DNA of 61,315 nucleotides, the filler included, from Hausera hauseri (taxonomy: Eukaryota), in the NCBI GenBank assembly GCA_046269625.1. It is 10 parts of 10 records of this genome, joined end to end, with 100 filler letters (N's around TTAATTAATTAA, not from the genome) between each part and the next. Parts side by side here need not be neighbours in the genome. Positions count along the whole stretch, not along the records: positions 33,369 to 39,397 come from JBJURY010150533.1; positions 39,498 to 44,682 come from JBJURY010313719.1; positions 44,783 to 50,378 come from JBJURY010223854.1; 7 more parts are not named here. One strand, 5' to 3'. Shown piece by piece: positions 38,828 through 49,429 of this stretch. The stretch's first letter is position 1, and every line of letters begins with the position of its first letter. The position numbers and the translations under genes are program-made. The notes under the pieces are model-generated. The model was not told the DNA's origin and searched no databases. It saw only the letters and a list, made by a program, of their open reading frames with translations.

Positions 38828-39393
38828 TGAAAATGTCTGTTCGGACATGCATGTCATCGGGACACTGTTGTGTAAAGTCGATGAACAAGTATCCGTGTGG
38901 CCCGGTCGTAACATCATGATATGCATCTATCTATGAAATAGGCTTGGTTGTGAGGTAGTGCTTGTCGTGCAACGTAATCAATGATAGTCTGATCACAGGG
39001 ATTTTTGAACAACACCAAATAGTATACGTTTAGGTTTCTTGTTCGATGCTGTCCACCCTGATGGAACATGTTCTGCGTAATGAAAATAACCGTCAAACTA
39101 CGGTGTCGTGCAATCTTCGTAAACAAGTTGCTGAAATCAAATTGTTTCGTTGCCTCTTAAAATAAATCATCAATGAAAATAACATCACCGTTGCGTAATC
39201 GTCTGGACCAATACTCATCAAACCAATCAATTACCATTATCAATTTCAATTGACAAAATTTCCTATGTGTCAAGCCGGACTCACCATCATCACCAACACC
39301 CTGATGCAAATAAATGTGATTGTACCGCGGTGAATGGAACATGTCACGGTAATTCTGCAATAGTTTACACAATGTGTGTTTTGCCACTTCCAC
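38828..39393 (-). pseudogene. Polinton A32-like packaging ATPase, 5' truncated
   Basis: Walker B VIFIDDL, FTKIARHRSLTVIFITQNMF and YLVLFKNPCD. Confidence 0.88.
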
Positions 39394-39669
39394 TGGGNNN
39401 NNNNNNNNNNNNNNNNNNNNNNNNNNNNNNNNNNNNNNNNNTTAATTAATTAANNNNNNNNNNNNNNNNNNNNNNNNNNNNNNNNNNNNNNNNNNNNAGA
39501 ACTAATAATAACAGGTGTTTGTGTCCCTGTAGTCTCCTTGATATTTGTGCTAATAATGATAAAAATAATTGGTTCCATACGACGACGTCGCAGACAATCA
39601 TGGGTAAGAATAGACTTGCGACGTATACCGAATACCTTGGAGATCGATAATCCAAGCTGACGGTGGATA

Positions 39670-41067
39670 ATGAGGATTGTAATCAACGCAATCCACTTAA
39701 GACAGATAGCTGAACGTCATATAGCTACCCTTTTAGTATTTAAAAGTAAAATTACAATGATTACCGAATATAAATTGATAACCATTGTATTATTGTTAAG
39801 ACTCTTAAATATGCTATTGACTAATGTCGTTACAGATATGATGGAAATCCAATCAGTACAAAGGAGCAAAAATTGGTATGAAAATGCCAAGACACACCTC
39901 ATCAATGCCAACTCCACCAATCCTTATCACGTAATCCTCAATGAAACAACGTATAGTCTCAATTACCCAAAATTACAACAAATCCCCAACAATCTCAAGG
40001 GATATACATGCCACAATCGTTCACTTGCTTTGATACAGATGACGAAGGCTACCTCGTTCTTCATATCGGACATCATCACCATGCCAGAAAAGTATTTCTC
40101 CATTACTATATTTGATATTACCGGAAAGTTCCAAATCAAAACAAAAAACATTAAAACATCCCAACAAGGAGATCTAATTAATCTGGATCCCAATCATGGC
40201 ATAGCTATTGATATCAAATTTATTACAAAGAATACGTTGAAGATCCGGTCTTTAACCAACCGAATAATGTTCGGTATCGAAATTCTCCGAAACGAGCCCT
40301 TTTGGACAACGCCTGAGCCCGGTAAATGTTTCAACCTAATAGAGCCGGACTACATCAAATATACTGAAACTTCTTATCGACGCGTAGCGGAAGTAAACAA
40401 CGATGAGATAGTCATAGTAGCAGTAAACTTGGCCTATGACCAAGAGAATCAGTTAACTCCATTGGAATGTTCAGTTCTGGACATATACGGCAACTCACTA
40501 TTCTACACCATTATAACCCCACGAAGGAGAATCAATAATTATGATACTCACATCACCGGCCTAACCGAATCTCAAACTACTAACCAAATGGACGAGAACA
40601 TCTTCTATCAGAAAATATCGATGCTTCTTAATGATAAAATGATAGTTGGGGCCGCAGTATTGGAAATGCTTACAAAGTATCTTAAATGTCCCCTACGTCG
40701 GATCCTAGGTATTCGTGATATTTTATATCACGACGAAGTGGTCCAGAAATATAAAATGGACCGACCCAATTACAAGGAATTGGCTAAACGGTTCTATAAT
40801 ATGAGAGCCATGCCATTACGGAGCACCGCATTGGCACAATGTTATCAGGCCATTTACCGCACACTACGATTTGATGATGAGATCATTACCGACGCTACGG
40901 CTCCCGACAGGGTCCTAAAAAGACCACCCGAGGTGTCATCACGTAAAAGAAAAATTGAAATAGAAGAAGAGGTTCTAATCGACGGAGAAGTATATACCCC
41001 AGATGGCCTACGATACAAATCCCAGTCCGGCAAAACAATATTCCGTGCGTTGCCAGCCCACTTATGA
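39670..41067 (+). CDS. Protein with a C-terminal DEDDh (ISG20/REX4-like) exonuclease fold, probably inactive
   Basis: CSVLDIYGNSLFYTIITPRRRINNYDTHITGLT..KISMLLNDKMIVG..IRDI follows the REX4/ISG20 pattern. The ExoI DxE position reads AVN. Confidence 0.7.
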   Translation: MRIVINAIHLRQIAERHIATLLVFKSKITMITEYKLITIVLLLRLLNMLLTNVVTDMMEIQSVQRSKNWYENAKTHLINANSTNPYHVILNETTYSLNYPKLQQIPNNLKGYTCHNRSLALIQMTKATSFFISDIITMPEKYFSITIFDITGKFQIKTKNIKTSQQGDLINLDPNHGIAIDIKFITKNTLKIRSLTNRIMFGIEILRNEPFWTTPEPGKCFNLIEPDYIKYTETSYRRVAEVNNDEIVIVAVNLAYDQENQLTPLECSVLDIYGNSLFYTIITPRRRINNYDTHITGLTESQTTNQMDENIFYQKISMLLNDKMIVGAAVLEMLTKYLKCPLRRILGIRDILYHDEVVQKYKMDRPNYKELAKRFYNMRAMPLRSTALAQCYQAIYRTLRFDDEIITDATAPDRVLKRPPEVSSRKRKIEIEEEVLIDGEVYTPDGLRYKSQSGKTIFRALPAHL

Positions 41068-41099
41068 AAAGTTCGGGACAACTTTCTTCAGCCCCCCTC

Positions 41100-41871
41100 G
41101 TATCTGATGAACCGACAAATTGACCACTATTACAATATTCGACATCCGTTCGCAAATTATGTGACTAACATTAAATAATGTCAACTTACGTTAAACAATC
41201 TTAGACCGACTCTTTTGATCAAAGTTTTATTGACCTTACCACATTAATGTAGTTCTTTTGATTTCACGGTGATCTTTATAATGCAATAATCATTTATTTG
41301 ACCCGTTTGTATAAATTATATTGCGTATGTTTATTTTATCAACGTTACATGTCAATTATGTGATTTTGAAACTTACTATAAATACGGTAATAATTTTGAT
41401 CATGAACACAACAAGACATTTGACGTAACCTATGCTTAGTTGCTTATGTTTCATCTGACGTGAGTATTGTTCTTTGATATTTCATTATTTGAATTATTTG
41501 CATTTGGTTTTATTTTTATAAATTGAATATACTTTTATAATTCGTATTGTGTGTTCGATTGAAAGTAATCAAAAGTAAATCAGTAAAAAGCTAAGTAATC
41601 TGGATTATCGCCGTCTAGGTCCAACCTACCTAACGGCATCCTGTTTAACGATAATTAAACCAGTGTCAAGTAATACAGTAGAATAAAGTAGCCGCCCCAC
41701 AGGCAGACCGCCCCTTTTACACATTACCGATAGGATAAAGTTAGGTAAGGTGCCCATATAAGAATAACTCTATCACGCCCAGCCATTGTATACGAACTTG
41801 TTCACCCTCTTAATTCTGCAGAAAGTTATAAATAAAGACTCTCCCATAATCGAATTAGCGGGGACTGAACA
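41100..41871 (+). repeat. LTR (3' part) of family B copy 2
   Basis: Non-coding stretch with a TATA-like TATAAATA near 41378 and AATAAA at 41831, ending in CA at 41871 just before a PBS. The 5' boundary is not determined. Confidence 0.6.
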
Positions 41872-41873
41872 AC

Positions 41874-41891
41874 TGGTGCCGTGACCCGGGA
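41874..41891 (+). promoter_or_regulatory. Primer-binding site (tRNA-His)
   Basis: TGGTGCCGTGACCCGGGA matches the complement of the tRNA-His 3' end (TGGTGCCGTGAC...). It lies 2 nt after the LTR end and about 90 nt before gag. Confidence 0.88.
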
Positions 41892-41980
41892 ATTTATCAA
41901 TAAAGTAATTAGCATTCAAGATTACGACCAGGAAAGGGACACCTTACAAGGTAGGAATAGAAGATAACCCACCATTTGGA

Positions 41981-44682
41981 TTGGAATTCATAAACCACCT
42001 GAGTGAAGAAGAAGAAGATAGAATGGCTAGAAATGACCATGTAGTAGAGCAGGTGATACAGTCAAAAGCTGACTTCACCTTGCCAATGAAGAAGTTTTCA
42101 GGAAAGGAGGACGTGCAAGATTTTATTATGGAGTACGAGGTCTATTCAAAAAGTTTCGGATGGACGGACCAGCAGCGAATGGAAAGATTACCTCTCCATT
42201 TAAGAGGAACAGCCTTAACCATTTACTTTCAGATGCCTGAAGACGATAAAAAAGATTGGAAAACCGTCAAAGAAAGATTGCCACAGAAGTTTTTAGTTGA
42301 TCCTTCCGGAAAAGGGAGGATAGAGGAATTTATACGAAGAAGGCAACGAAAAGACGAGACGGTTCAAGATTATGTATGCGCACTGGAGAAATTGGCAGCT
42401 AGGGCATATCCTGATGCAACAATAAGAAATAACGCGTTGTTGGCCCAATTCCAATATGGACTTGAAGGAAAGTTAAGGACGATAATATTACAAGCCGATC
42501 CTCCCACGTTTCAAGATGCCATAAGGAAAGCACGTAAGGCAGAACGAGACGAAGAACTGTATAAGTGGACTAAGCCAAAGAGATACAACGGATACGACGA
42601 TAAACGAAAGAATAATAGTACCCAAAAGTACGAAAGGTATAATAGGAATAGAAGTCCCTCACAAACTTCAGCCACGGAAGCCGAATCTGACGTTGAGAAG
42701 AAAGTGAGGTTTAAATTAAAAAACGATGGAGAAAAATCCAATTACAAGAAGAAAAGCTCAAAGGACGGAAGAGCCTTACCAAATATAGACTCCGAAGGAA
42801 GGCTAAAATGTTTCAATTGTAACAAGTATGGCCACATAGCGAAGGCATGTCGATCACGAAAAAGGGATTCTTCAAAGCCCTATAAACAAAAGAAAAAGGA
42901 ATATACGTCAGCCACATCGGACGAATCATCCGACCAAGAACACGAAGAGGACGAAAGTAGCAATGAGCAAGAAAGAAAGAACAAAAAGAAAGAAGGCGTA
43001 AATTATATTAACGACATACTATCCAAACGTATGAGAACCCAATTGGATATGGAATTAAGAGATTACAAAACCCAACAAAAAAGATTGAAAGAAAATAGTA
43101 TCTATGTACTAGAGGATAAACCTAAAGATAAACAACCCCGAAAAGGAAGAAAGAAAAGTAATAAGGAAATAACAGAGGCGGAGGCTGGATCAAGAGAAAC
43201 ATCAACGGAAAGGGAAGAGGTAGTGAAAGAAAGGAAAAGAGGAGGAAAGAAGGGCAATCTCAGTACACCTTCACCCTCATTTAGCCCCGAAGAAACTCAA
43301 GCTTCACCCTCATTTAGTCCAGAAGAAACTCAAGCCACGCCCATCTTTGATGATACCATATTGAACCAAGTAATAAGGAATCCAGAAGTAGATTTAGATG
43401 CGGAAGATGACCTTATTCAAGCAGTAGTGGCGATAGATCCTGAAAATATCATTAATGTAAATGAAGCAACAAGTACAATATTAAAGTTAATAGACAATAA
43501 AGTATCTCTGAATAAGATAAACGAAATATTATTTCAGTTATTGATGCTGGCCCACGATACGAGCCCAATAAGAGATATTGTACGGACAATACTAGCCAAA
43601 GCAGCTGAAGAAGAGAAAGGAAGAAACGAAGTAATAAGGATAACGTTAAAAGAAGGAAATCAGGATGTAAGAATTATAAGAATGAATGAAACAGACGACG
43701 TATTAGCACTACGCGATAAGATTGGAGAATTAGAACCATTCTACAAAGAAAAGATGTATGGACTAAGCTTTTATGGCAGAACTTTATACAGTTATGATAG
43801 CTTGTTACGAGTAGGATGCAGAAGTGAAAACTATAACCCAATCACGATAACAGACATTCATCCGGGGGCAAGAGCAGAAGAGACGATAGAAAATATAATA
43901 AGAGAAGTAGAACCTAGAGAAGTTGAGGAACAACCATTAGGTGACGCACACGATGTCATAGTGCAAACAGACGCTCGAAGAAGGGGAAGACCGAAAGGAA
44001 CAAAAATAAGTGACATCCGAAATAAAAAGGATCGAAATGAAGAAATAGTACGACGTCTGTTGTTAGCAGGTACAGATACAACACCGGAATCAGTAGACAT
44101 AGATCCATTATTAAGAACGTTGTTAGCTAGATTACATACGTCGTTCGCATCGTTCGATATGCAGACGGTAATTCCTGATGACTTATTCCAGACGCTACGT
44201 AACAGTATGTTAAAAATCAGTAGACAGTTTTATGAAAATATTGGTGAAGAAAGGATCAATGAACTGCATGAGCAGGATATACTAGAAAAGATGTTTGCAA
44301 CAGGAATTACACGAGAAAAAGTACGGACGGCTATTGCTTACTTACTATATAAAATAATCGTAATAAACCACCAAACTCAAAATTTAGAGGAAATTGAAAG
44401 AAATATTAAAGCAGCAATAAAGGTCTTAAAAGATACACTAGAAAATTGGGTACAGTGTAGAGGTGGTTGGTTGGCAAGTCTCACGAAAAATGTAAGAATG
44501 GAAGAAGGACAAACCGGGTTACCAACGCCATCAAACATACATACAACTCGACAAGGCATAACGGGAATGACGATGATGGAGATCCTTCAGTTAATTCTAA
44601 TAACTTCGTTGATAATGCCAAAGGCCATGGGCCTGGTAGCATACGATTGTGCAAATCCCAAGGAAGGACAGAAATATTCGTT
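41981..44682 (+). CDS. Open Gag-accessory-Env polyprotein N-terminus of Gypsy family B copy 2 (truncated by the contig end)
   Basis: About 900 uninterrupted codons: Gag (KFSGKEDVQDF, LHLRGTAL, RRQRKDETVQDY), CFNCNKYGHIAKAC, Ubl (about 43628-43855), RRRGRPKG, Bcl-2-like region ending LENWVQCRGGW, then signal peptide and AYDCANPKEGQKYS. Confidence 0.92.
43269..43334 (+). repeat. 33-bp in-frame tandem duplication (SPSFSPEETQA x2)
   Basis: CTTCACCCTCATTTAGCCCCGAAGAAACTCAAG followed by CTTCACCCTCATTTAGTCCAGAAGAAACTCAAG. Confidence 0.95.
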
Positions 44683-44782
44683 NNNNNNNNNNNNNNNNNN
44701 NNNNNNNNNNNNNNNNNNNNNNNNNNTTAATTAATTAANNNNNNNNNNNNNNNNNNNNNNNNNNNNNNNNNNNNNNNNNNNN

Positions 44783-45946
44783 AAAAACGCGCCATTGTTT
44801 GAATAATTTTTGTGTTGTTCTTCTAGTGTCTTTGGGGGAACATTTGTTAAAGACAGCTAGACAGCAGAAAAAGCAGAGGTTATCAGTGAATGGTTTGTTG
44901 TTTGAGTCTTGTTGTCGTGTGTTTATGGCTTTGTTGTCTGTAATAAATTTGTGAATCTCTTGTAAACAACCGACGGGAAATTCAAGTAAATTATAAATAT
45001 ACAGGGAAGTCGATGGCACTGCTTCTACGTAATAAGAAATATTGGGCCGATTTTTAAGTGCAACATTTAAGGGGTCTGATTGTTCTAATTTACTAATGAA
45101 AGCAAAAAAATCTTGTCTATTACTAACTAGTCTAGGTCTATCAAACACGCAGCTTTTATTCGGGGAAGCGTGAAAAAATTTTAGCTCTCTACTATCTCTT
45201 TTTCTGAGTATAAGATGGTGCGAGATATTCACCTTGAAGCGGGTCTTTTGGGCATCGAATACCTCCAAGAGGAAGGACCAGTTCCGTGTATGATTAGACG
45301 TGGGGGGATGGAAGAAAGTATAAGTGGAGAGATATTTCTGGACATTACTATGGGTTTTTAGGGCGGGCCAATTATCTAGATAAAGTTATAGGAGGTCGGA
45401 AGGGAGATTGCGCAGTTCTTCATCAGGTAGAACTACCCTAGCACTATTATCACTAGGGTTTCACTGACGCACGCCTTATCGATTGAACTCTTGCTTTCAT
45501 CCACCCGCTCACTCACAAGTTCATGCACGTTTGCGCCCACAGCATCGATTGAACTCCCTCGCTCACTCATGTTTGCGCGCTCAACATCGATCACACCAAT
45601 ATCAGACACACGCTCACTATTGATCACGCCAACATCGTTCACACTAGTACCAACACCACTCGTACAGGCATCCTTGGTTTCCTTTCTAATCTTCTTGGCA
45701 ACTGGTTCATGCAGTTCAGCATCCGAGGTCCGCTTGGTATGTTGTTTGAGGTGGGCCTTCAAGTTATCGAGCGCACACAAAATGTACATTTGTGTTTTTG
45801 TTGCACATGCGCAGTTTCCAGATGTCGTTGGAAATTATCAAATCTTCTAAAGACACGTTTACACTCGTCACACTGGTGCTTCTGTGAAATAGAGAAATCA
45901 TCGTATGTCTTTTCACTAACGAGCTAGTATTCATACACATCACCAA
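44783..45946 (-). pseudogene. C2H2 zinc fingers followed by a Polinton-like pPolB N-terminal region, disrupted
   Basis: CDECKRVFRRFDNFQRH..H near 45820-45875; FKVNISHHLILR..FFHASPN..DNLCFFCCLAV as seen upstream of some Polinton polB domains. Confidence 0.5.
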
Positions 45947-46502
45947 AATTTACTAATAATTTTACGATAATATGCAATGTTAGTAAGCAAACAGCTATTA
46001 ACAATCGGTGGAAAGAAACTTAACTAACACACTACTAGTAAGTTCCTAACCTTTCCTATACATAACTAACGCCTGTATCTAACACACATTAACTAACTTA
46101 GAAAGTTTTTTATAACTAGTGTAACTAAACAGTAATGTAACTGCTCTGTGGGAAGAAATATTGTTAACCACTCCCATGATCAATGCTGTAGGGAACACGG
46201 CTGTCCGTGTATTCTTTACAGTAACTACTTTAGTTGGTGACCTGAAAGGTCAGACAGAGTTCAGCAGTCTCAGGTGGGACAGTCTCCTGAAACCGCGGGA
46301 ACGATCAGCTGATATATGATAGAGATTAGTGAAATTTAATCTTATTCTGTTCACATTCCTGAAGTCACTTTTATCAGAAAATTTCTTTAAGACATTTGGC
46401 ATTTAAGTTACTGCAAGCGTGCGCTTTTCCCGTGTTTTTTGAACAAAGGAGTGCTGTGTAATTTGCTTCAGAAGACGGGACCCAAATTTCCTTTTTTTCT
46501 TG

Positions 46503-46819
46503 GTAAGTCACATTACTACTCAAATATTTATTTTTCAAATATCATATCATTAGGAGGTACAAAAGTTATCATTAGGAGTAATTGTGTTAGGGTATATCCT
46601 AAAGATTATTACTATGCAATTTTGATCTTGTTTCCGATGCGCATTCATGTAGTTTATTAAGTCCTAATAAAGGCAAATGTTAAAAGTCTCTATTCTTAAT
46701 GTTTTGAATCAAAGGATCATTTTAATTTTCTTCTTCTGCCCGCATTTGTGCAACTAAACATAATATTTCAGTAATAACTATAGTATTAATTTCAACTCGA
46801 CATTATTTCTTTGTTACAG
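46503..46819 (+). other. Putative 5'-leader intron of the transposase transcript
   Basis: GTAAGT donor at 46503 and a pyrimidine tract plus ACAG acceptor ending at 46819, 40 nt before the ATG. Confidence 0.4.
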
Positions 46820-46858
46820 ATAATATATCTTTAGTGTCTGACAAATACAACGATCGGC

Positions 46859-49429
46859 ATGGAACATTCACTAAAACACCACTTGAATTGTTTGTCTGCA
46901 CTCTGCAGAGCCTGTGGCAATCTTTCATTGACTACCAAAGAAAAGAAAAAACGGCTAAAACCATTAAAATGTGAACATTATAAGGATGACATATTCTCTG
47001 TTTTCGGATTAAATACTTTAACTGACGTTTCATCAATGCACTCGCCGAATCTGTGCCGAAAATGTTATTGTAAAATTCGCAAAATAATACAGAGGCGGGG
47101 TGAGAAGCAGCTGAAAGATGCAAGATGCATTGCGGAAAAATTGGAAAATATTTGGAGAAGCTATGATCCTAATCTTAATGTCAATGAGTGCACAGTTTGT
47201 TTTCATTACTCCCAGTTCTCGTTAGGTGTTGTAAGCAAGTACATCTGTCCTAGCCCAAGCGATATGCTTTCTCCCCCCTCTGCATCACCTCAGTCAGCGA
47301 ATGGTAGTGCGGATAACATTCAGGAGGAGGTTATTGTTCCAGCTAATACACTATTAGCCACTGCTACATTAACACCTACTAAAAGTGTTAATCGTGTAAC
47401 AAGTACTCCAAGTTCGCCTGTATTTAAAACTGATACTACAGTGGAGCACATACTCAACAAACGGCAGTCACAACCACTGACAAGACTGGAAGAAAAACTG
47501 CTCACATCTCTTGTTAAAAGAAAATTAGCCACATCTAAAAACAACATCATAACATGCAAAACACGTGGACAACCAATTACACTACAGAAACTAACTCGGC
47601 ATAGAAAAGAAACATCGGCAGTTAAATCACCAACAAAACGTAAACGATCACAGCTACTAACGACGGCCAGAAAGCAAATTGCTGGAACATCAACTGACTC
47701 GTTAGAAATTCAGCAAGCACATGAATTTACACGTCTCTCAGAAAAATCTCGCAATGGAGTTATTAAGAAAGCAGGAATTGATAATAATGTTAAAATAAGG
47801 AAAGAGTTAGCACTAACCATAAAAGAAACGTTGGGTTTAACACTAAACCAAGAGAGACAATTGAGAACACTACTAAAATCAGCCGGTATTAAAATAGAAC
47901 ATGAGGGTGCAGAAAGAAAGTGGGCACGAGAGATTATGGGTGACTGGGTGCATGTGGGAGTGAATGAATTTATAGGAAATGATGGTCTGAAACTAGAGGT
48001 ACCATTGGCATATATTAAAGATTTGTGTGGTTTTGTTTCTGAGCTTCTCAACAACTATAGAAAAGATGGGTTACTGACGTGGCATGATAACTGTGTTCCT
48101 GATAATGAAATATGGATTAAAATTGGCGGGGATTATGGCAAGGGAAGTATGAAATTAACACTTCAGATAGTCAATTTGGCAAAACCTAATTCTAAAACAA
48201 ATACTTTTCTTATAGCAATGGCTAAAGTTGGAGACAAACGTGATAACCTAGAAATAATAATAAATAGAATGAAAACACAGGTAGAATTAATGAAACATTT
48301 TAAATGGGAAGGAAAACAAATAATTATTTTCCTTTTTGGCGACTATGATTTTCTATTGAAAATGTATGGTTTGTCAGGGGCTCAAGGAACATATCCATGC
48401 CTTTGGTGTCTCCAGTCGAAGAAAGAAATTAAAACAGGTAGCCAGCACTCAACTGCCAAAGCAAGAAGTCTAGCTATGTTAAAAACAGACTATAGAAGAT
48501 TTATTAAATATGGGAAAGCAAATAAAAAGCAAGTGGCTCGTTACCACAACTCATTGCATGCACCAATGTTAGATATTGGATTAGAAAACGTGGCTCCTCC
48601 CTATCTTCACATTTTGTTAGGCATTGTTCTCAAACACCACAGATTGTTAGAAGATGCAGTAGATAAAATAGATCAAGCCATTTTCGATAGCTCACAAGAA
48701 ACATACAACAATACAACTAGCATTACTAGACATTTAAAAAAATTTGGTAGTAACTGGCGGAAAGCAGAGGAAGCGGAAGCTAACATTACATTCTTACAAA
48801 CATGCATCCAGTTTTGTGAAGATGAGGAGGAGAAAGTTAAGTTTAAACTGAAACTTTCCAATGCTCAACATTCACTAGAACAACTGCAGTTTGAAAGTCT
48901 TTGTGCGAGGGCCGGTCCAGTCTGTTCTTTTTTAGACACAGTACTTACAGAACACAAGATTACACCACAGGCATATCACAGCAGATCATTTATAGGAAAT
49001 CATTGCCACAAATATTTAACATCTAAAGTGTATCACCATCTTACACGAACAGTTATTACTCGAACAATGGCGCTTACAAACAACCAACATATTTTAGACA
49101 TGGCATTTATTGTTAGAGACCGGTTCAACGCTCTTAACGAAGCTTATGAACAAATTCATAACAGTATATCACATAGCAAACCTATATCCCAAGCATCTAT
49201 TCCATCAATACAAACATTAATACAACAATACATGCGATTGTTTAGAAAACACTTTCCCAGCAAAACAATTCCCAAACAACACATATTAGAAAACCATTGT
49301 ACAGACTGGATTGAAGCTCGTGGCTTTGGTATGGGTATACATGGTGAGCAAGGAGGAGAATTTGTACATTCAACAGTTCTAAAATTGAAAAACGGGCGTG
49401 TGGCATTAGAAGTGCAACTTTGCAAATGA
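46859..49429 (+). CDS. Chapaev-type DDE transposase with a RAG1-like N-terminal zinc-binding domain
   Basis: HH..L..LCRACG, HSPNLCRKCY, CTVC; WIKIGGDYGKGSMK, FLFGDYDFL..GLSGAQGTYPCLWC, PPYLHILLGI, PKQHILENH, GEQGGEFVH. A frameshift near 49385 probably removes the native C-terminus EKRACGIR..IMETHLLQ. Confidence 0.82.
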   Translation: MEHSLKHHLNCLSALCRACGNLSLTTKEKKKRLKPLKCEHYKDDIFSVFGLNTLTDVSSMHSPNLCRKCYCKIRKIIQRRGEKQLKDARCIAEKLENIWRSYDPNLNVNECTVCFHYSQFSLGVVSKYICPSPSDMLSPPSASPQSANGSADNIQEEVIVPANTLLATATLTPTKSVNRVTSTPSSPVFKTDTTVEHILNKRQSQPLTRLEEKLLTSLVKRKLATSKNNIITCKTRGQPITLQKLTRHRKETSAVKSPTKRKRSQLLTTARKQIAGTSTDSLEIQQAHEFTRLSEKSRNGVIKKAGIDNNVKIRKELALTIKETLGLTLNQERQLRTLLKSAGIKIEHEGAERKWAREIMGDWVHVGVNEFIGNDGLKLEVPLAYIKDLCGFVSELLNNYRKDGLLTWHDNCVPDNEIWIKIGGDYGKGSMKLTLQIVNLAKPNSKTNTFLIAMAKVGDKRDNLEIIINRMKTQVELMKHFKWEGKQIIIFLFGDYDFLLKMYGLSGAQGTYPCLWCLQSKKEIKTGSQHSTAKARSLAMLKTDYRRFIKYGKANKKQVARYHNSLHAPMLDIGLENVAPPYLHILLGIVLKHHRLLEDAVDKIDQAIFDSSQETYNNTTSITRHLKKFGSNWRKAEEAEANITFLQTCIQFCEDEEEKVKFKLKLSNAQHSLEQLQFESLCARAGPVCSFLDTVLTEHKITPQAYHSRSFIGNHCHKYLTSKVYHHLTRTVITRTMALTNNQHILDMAFIVRDRFNALNEAYEQIHNSISHSKPISQASIPSIQTLIQQYMRLFRKHFPSKTIPKQHILENHCTDWIEARGFGMGIHGEQGGEFVHSTVLKLKNGRVALEVQLCK

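Larger units (their letters stand above)
33369..39397 (-). mobile_element. Polinton/Maverick (adintovirus-like) morphogenesis and integrase module, decayed
   Basis: Co-oriented ATPase, small basic ORF, rve integrase, two minor capsid genes, core-like protein and major capsid. Confidence 0.92.
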
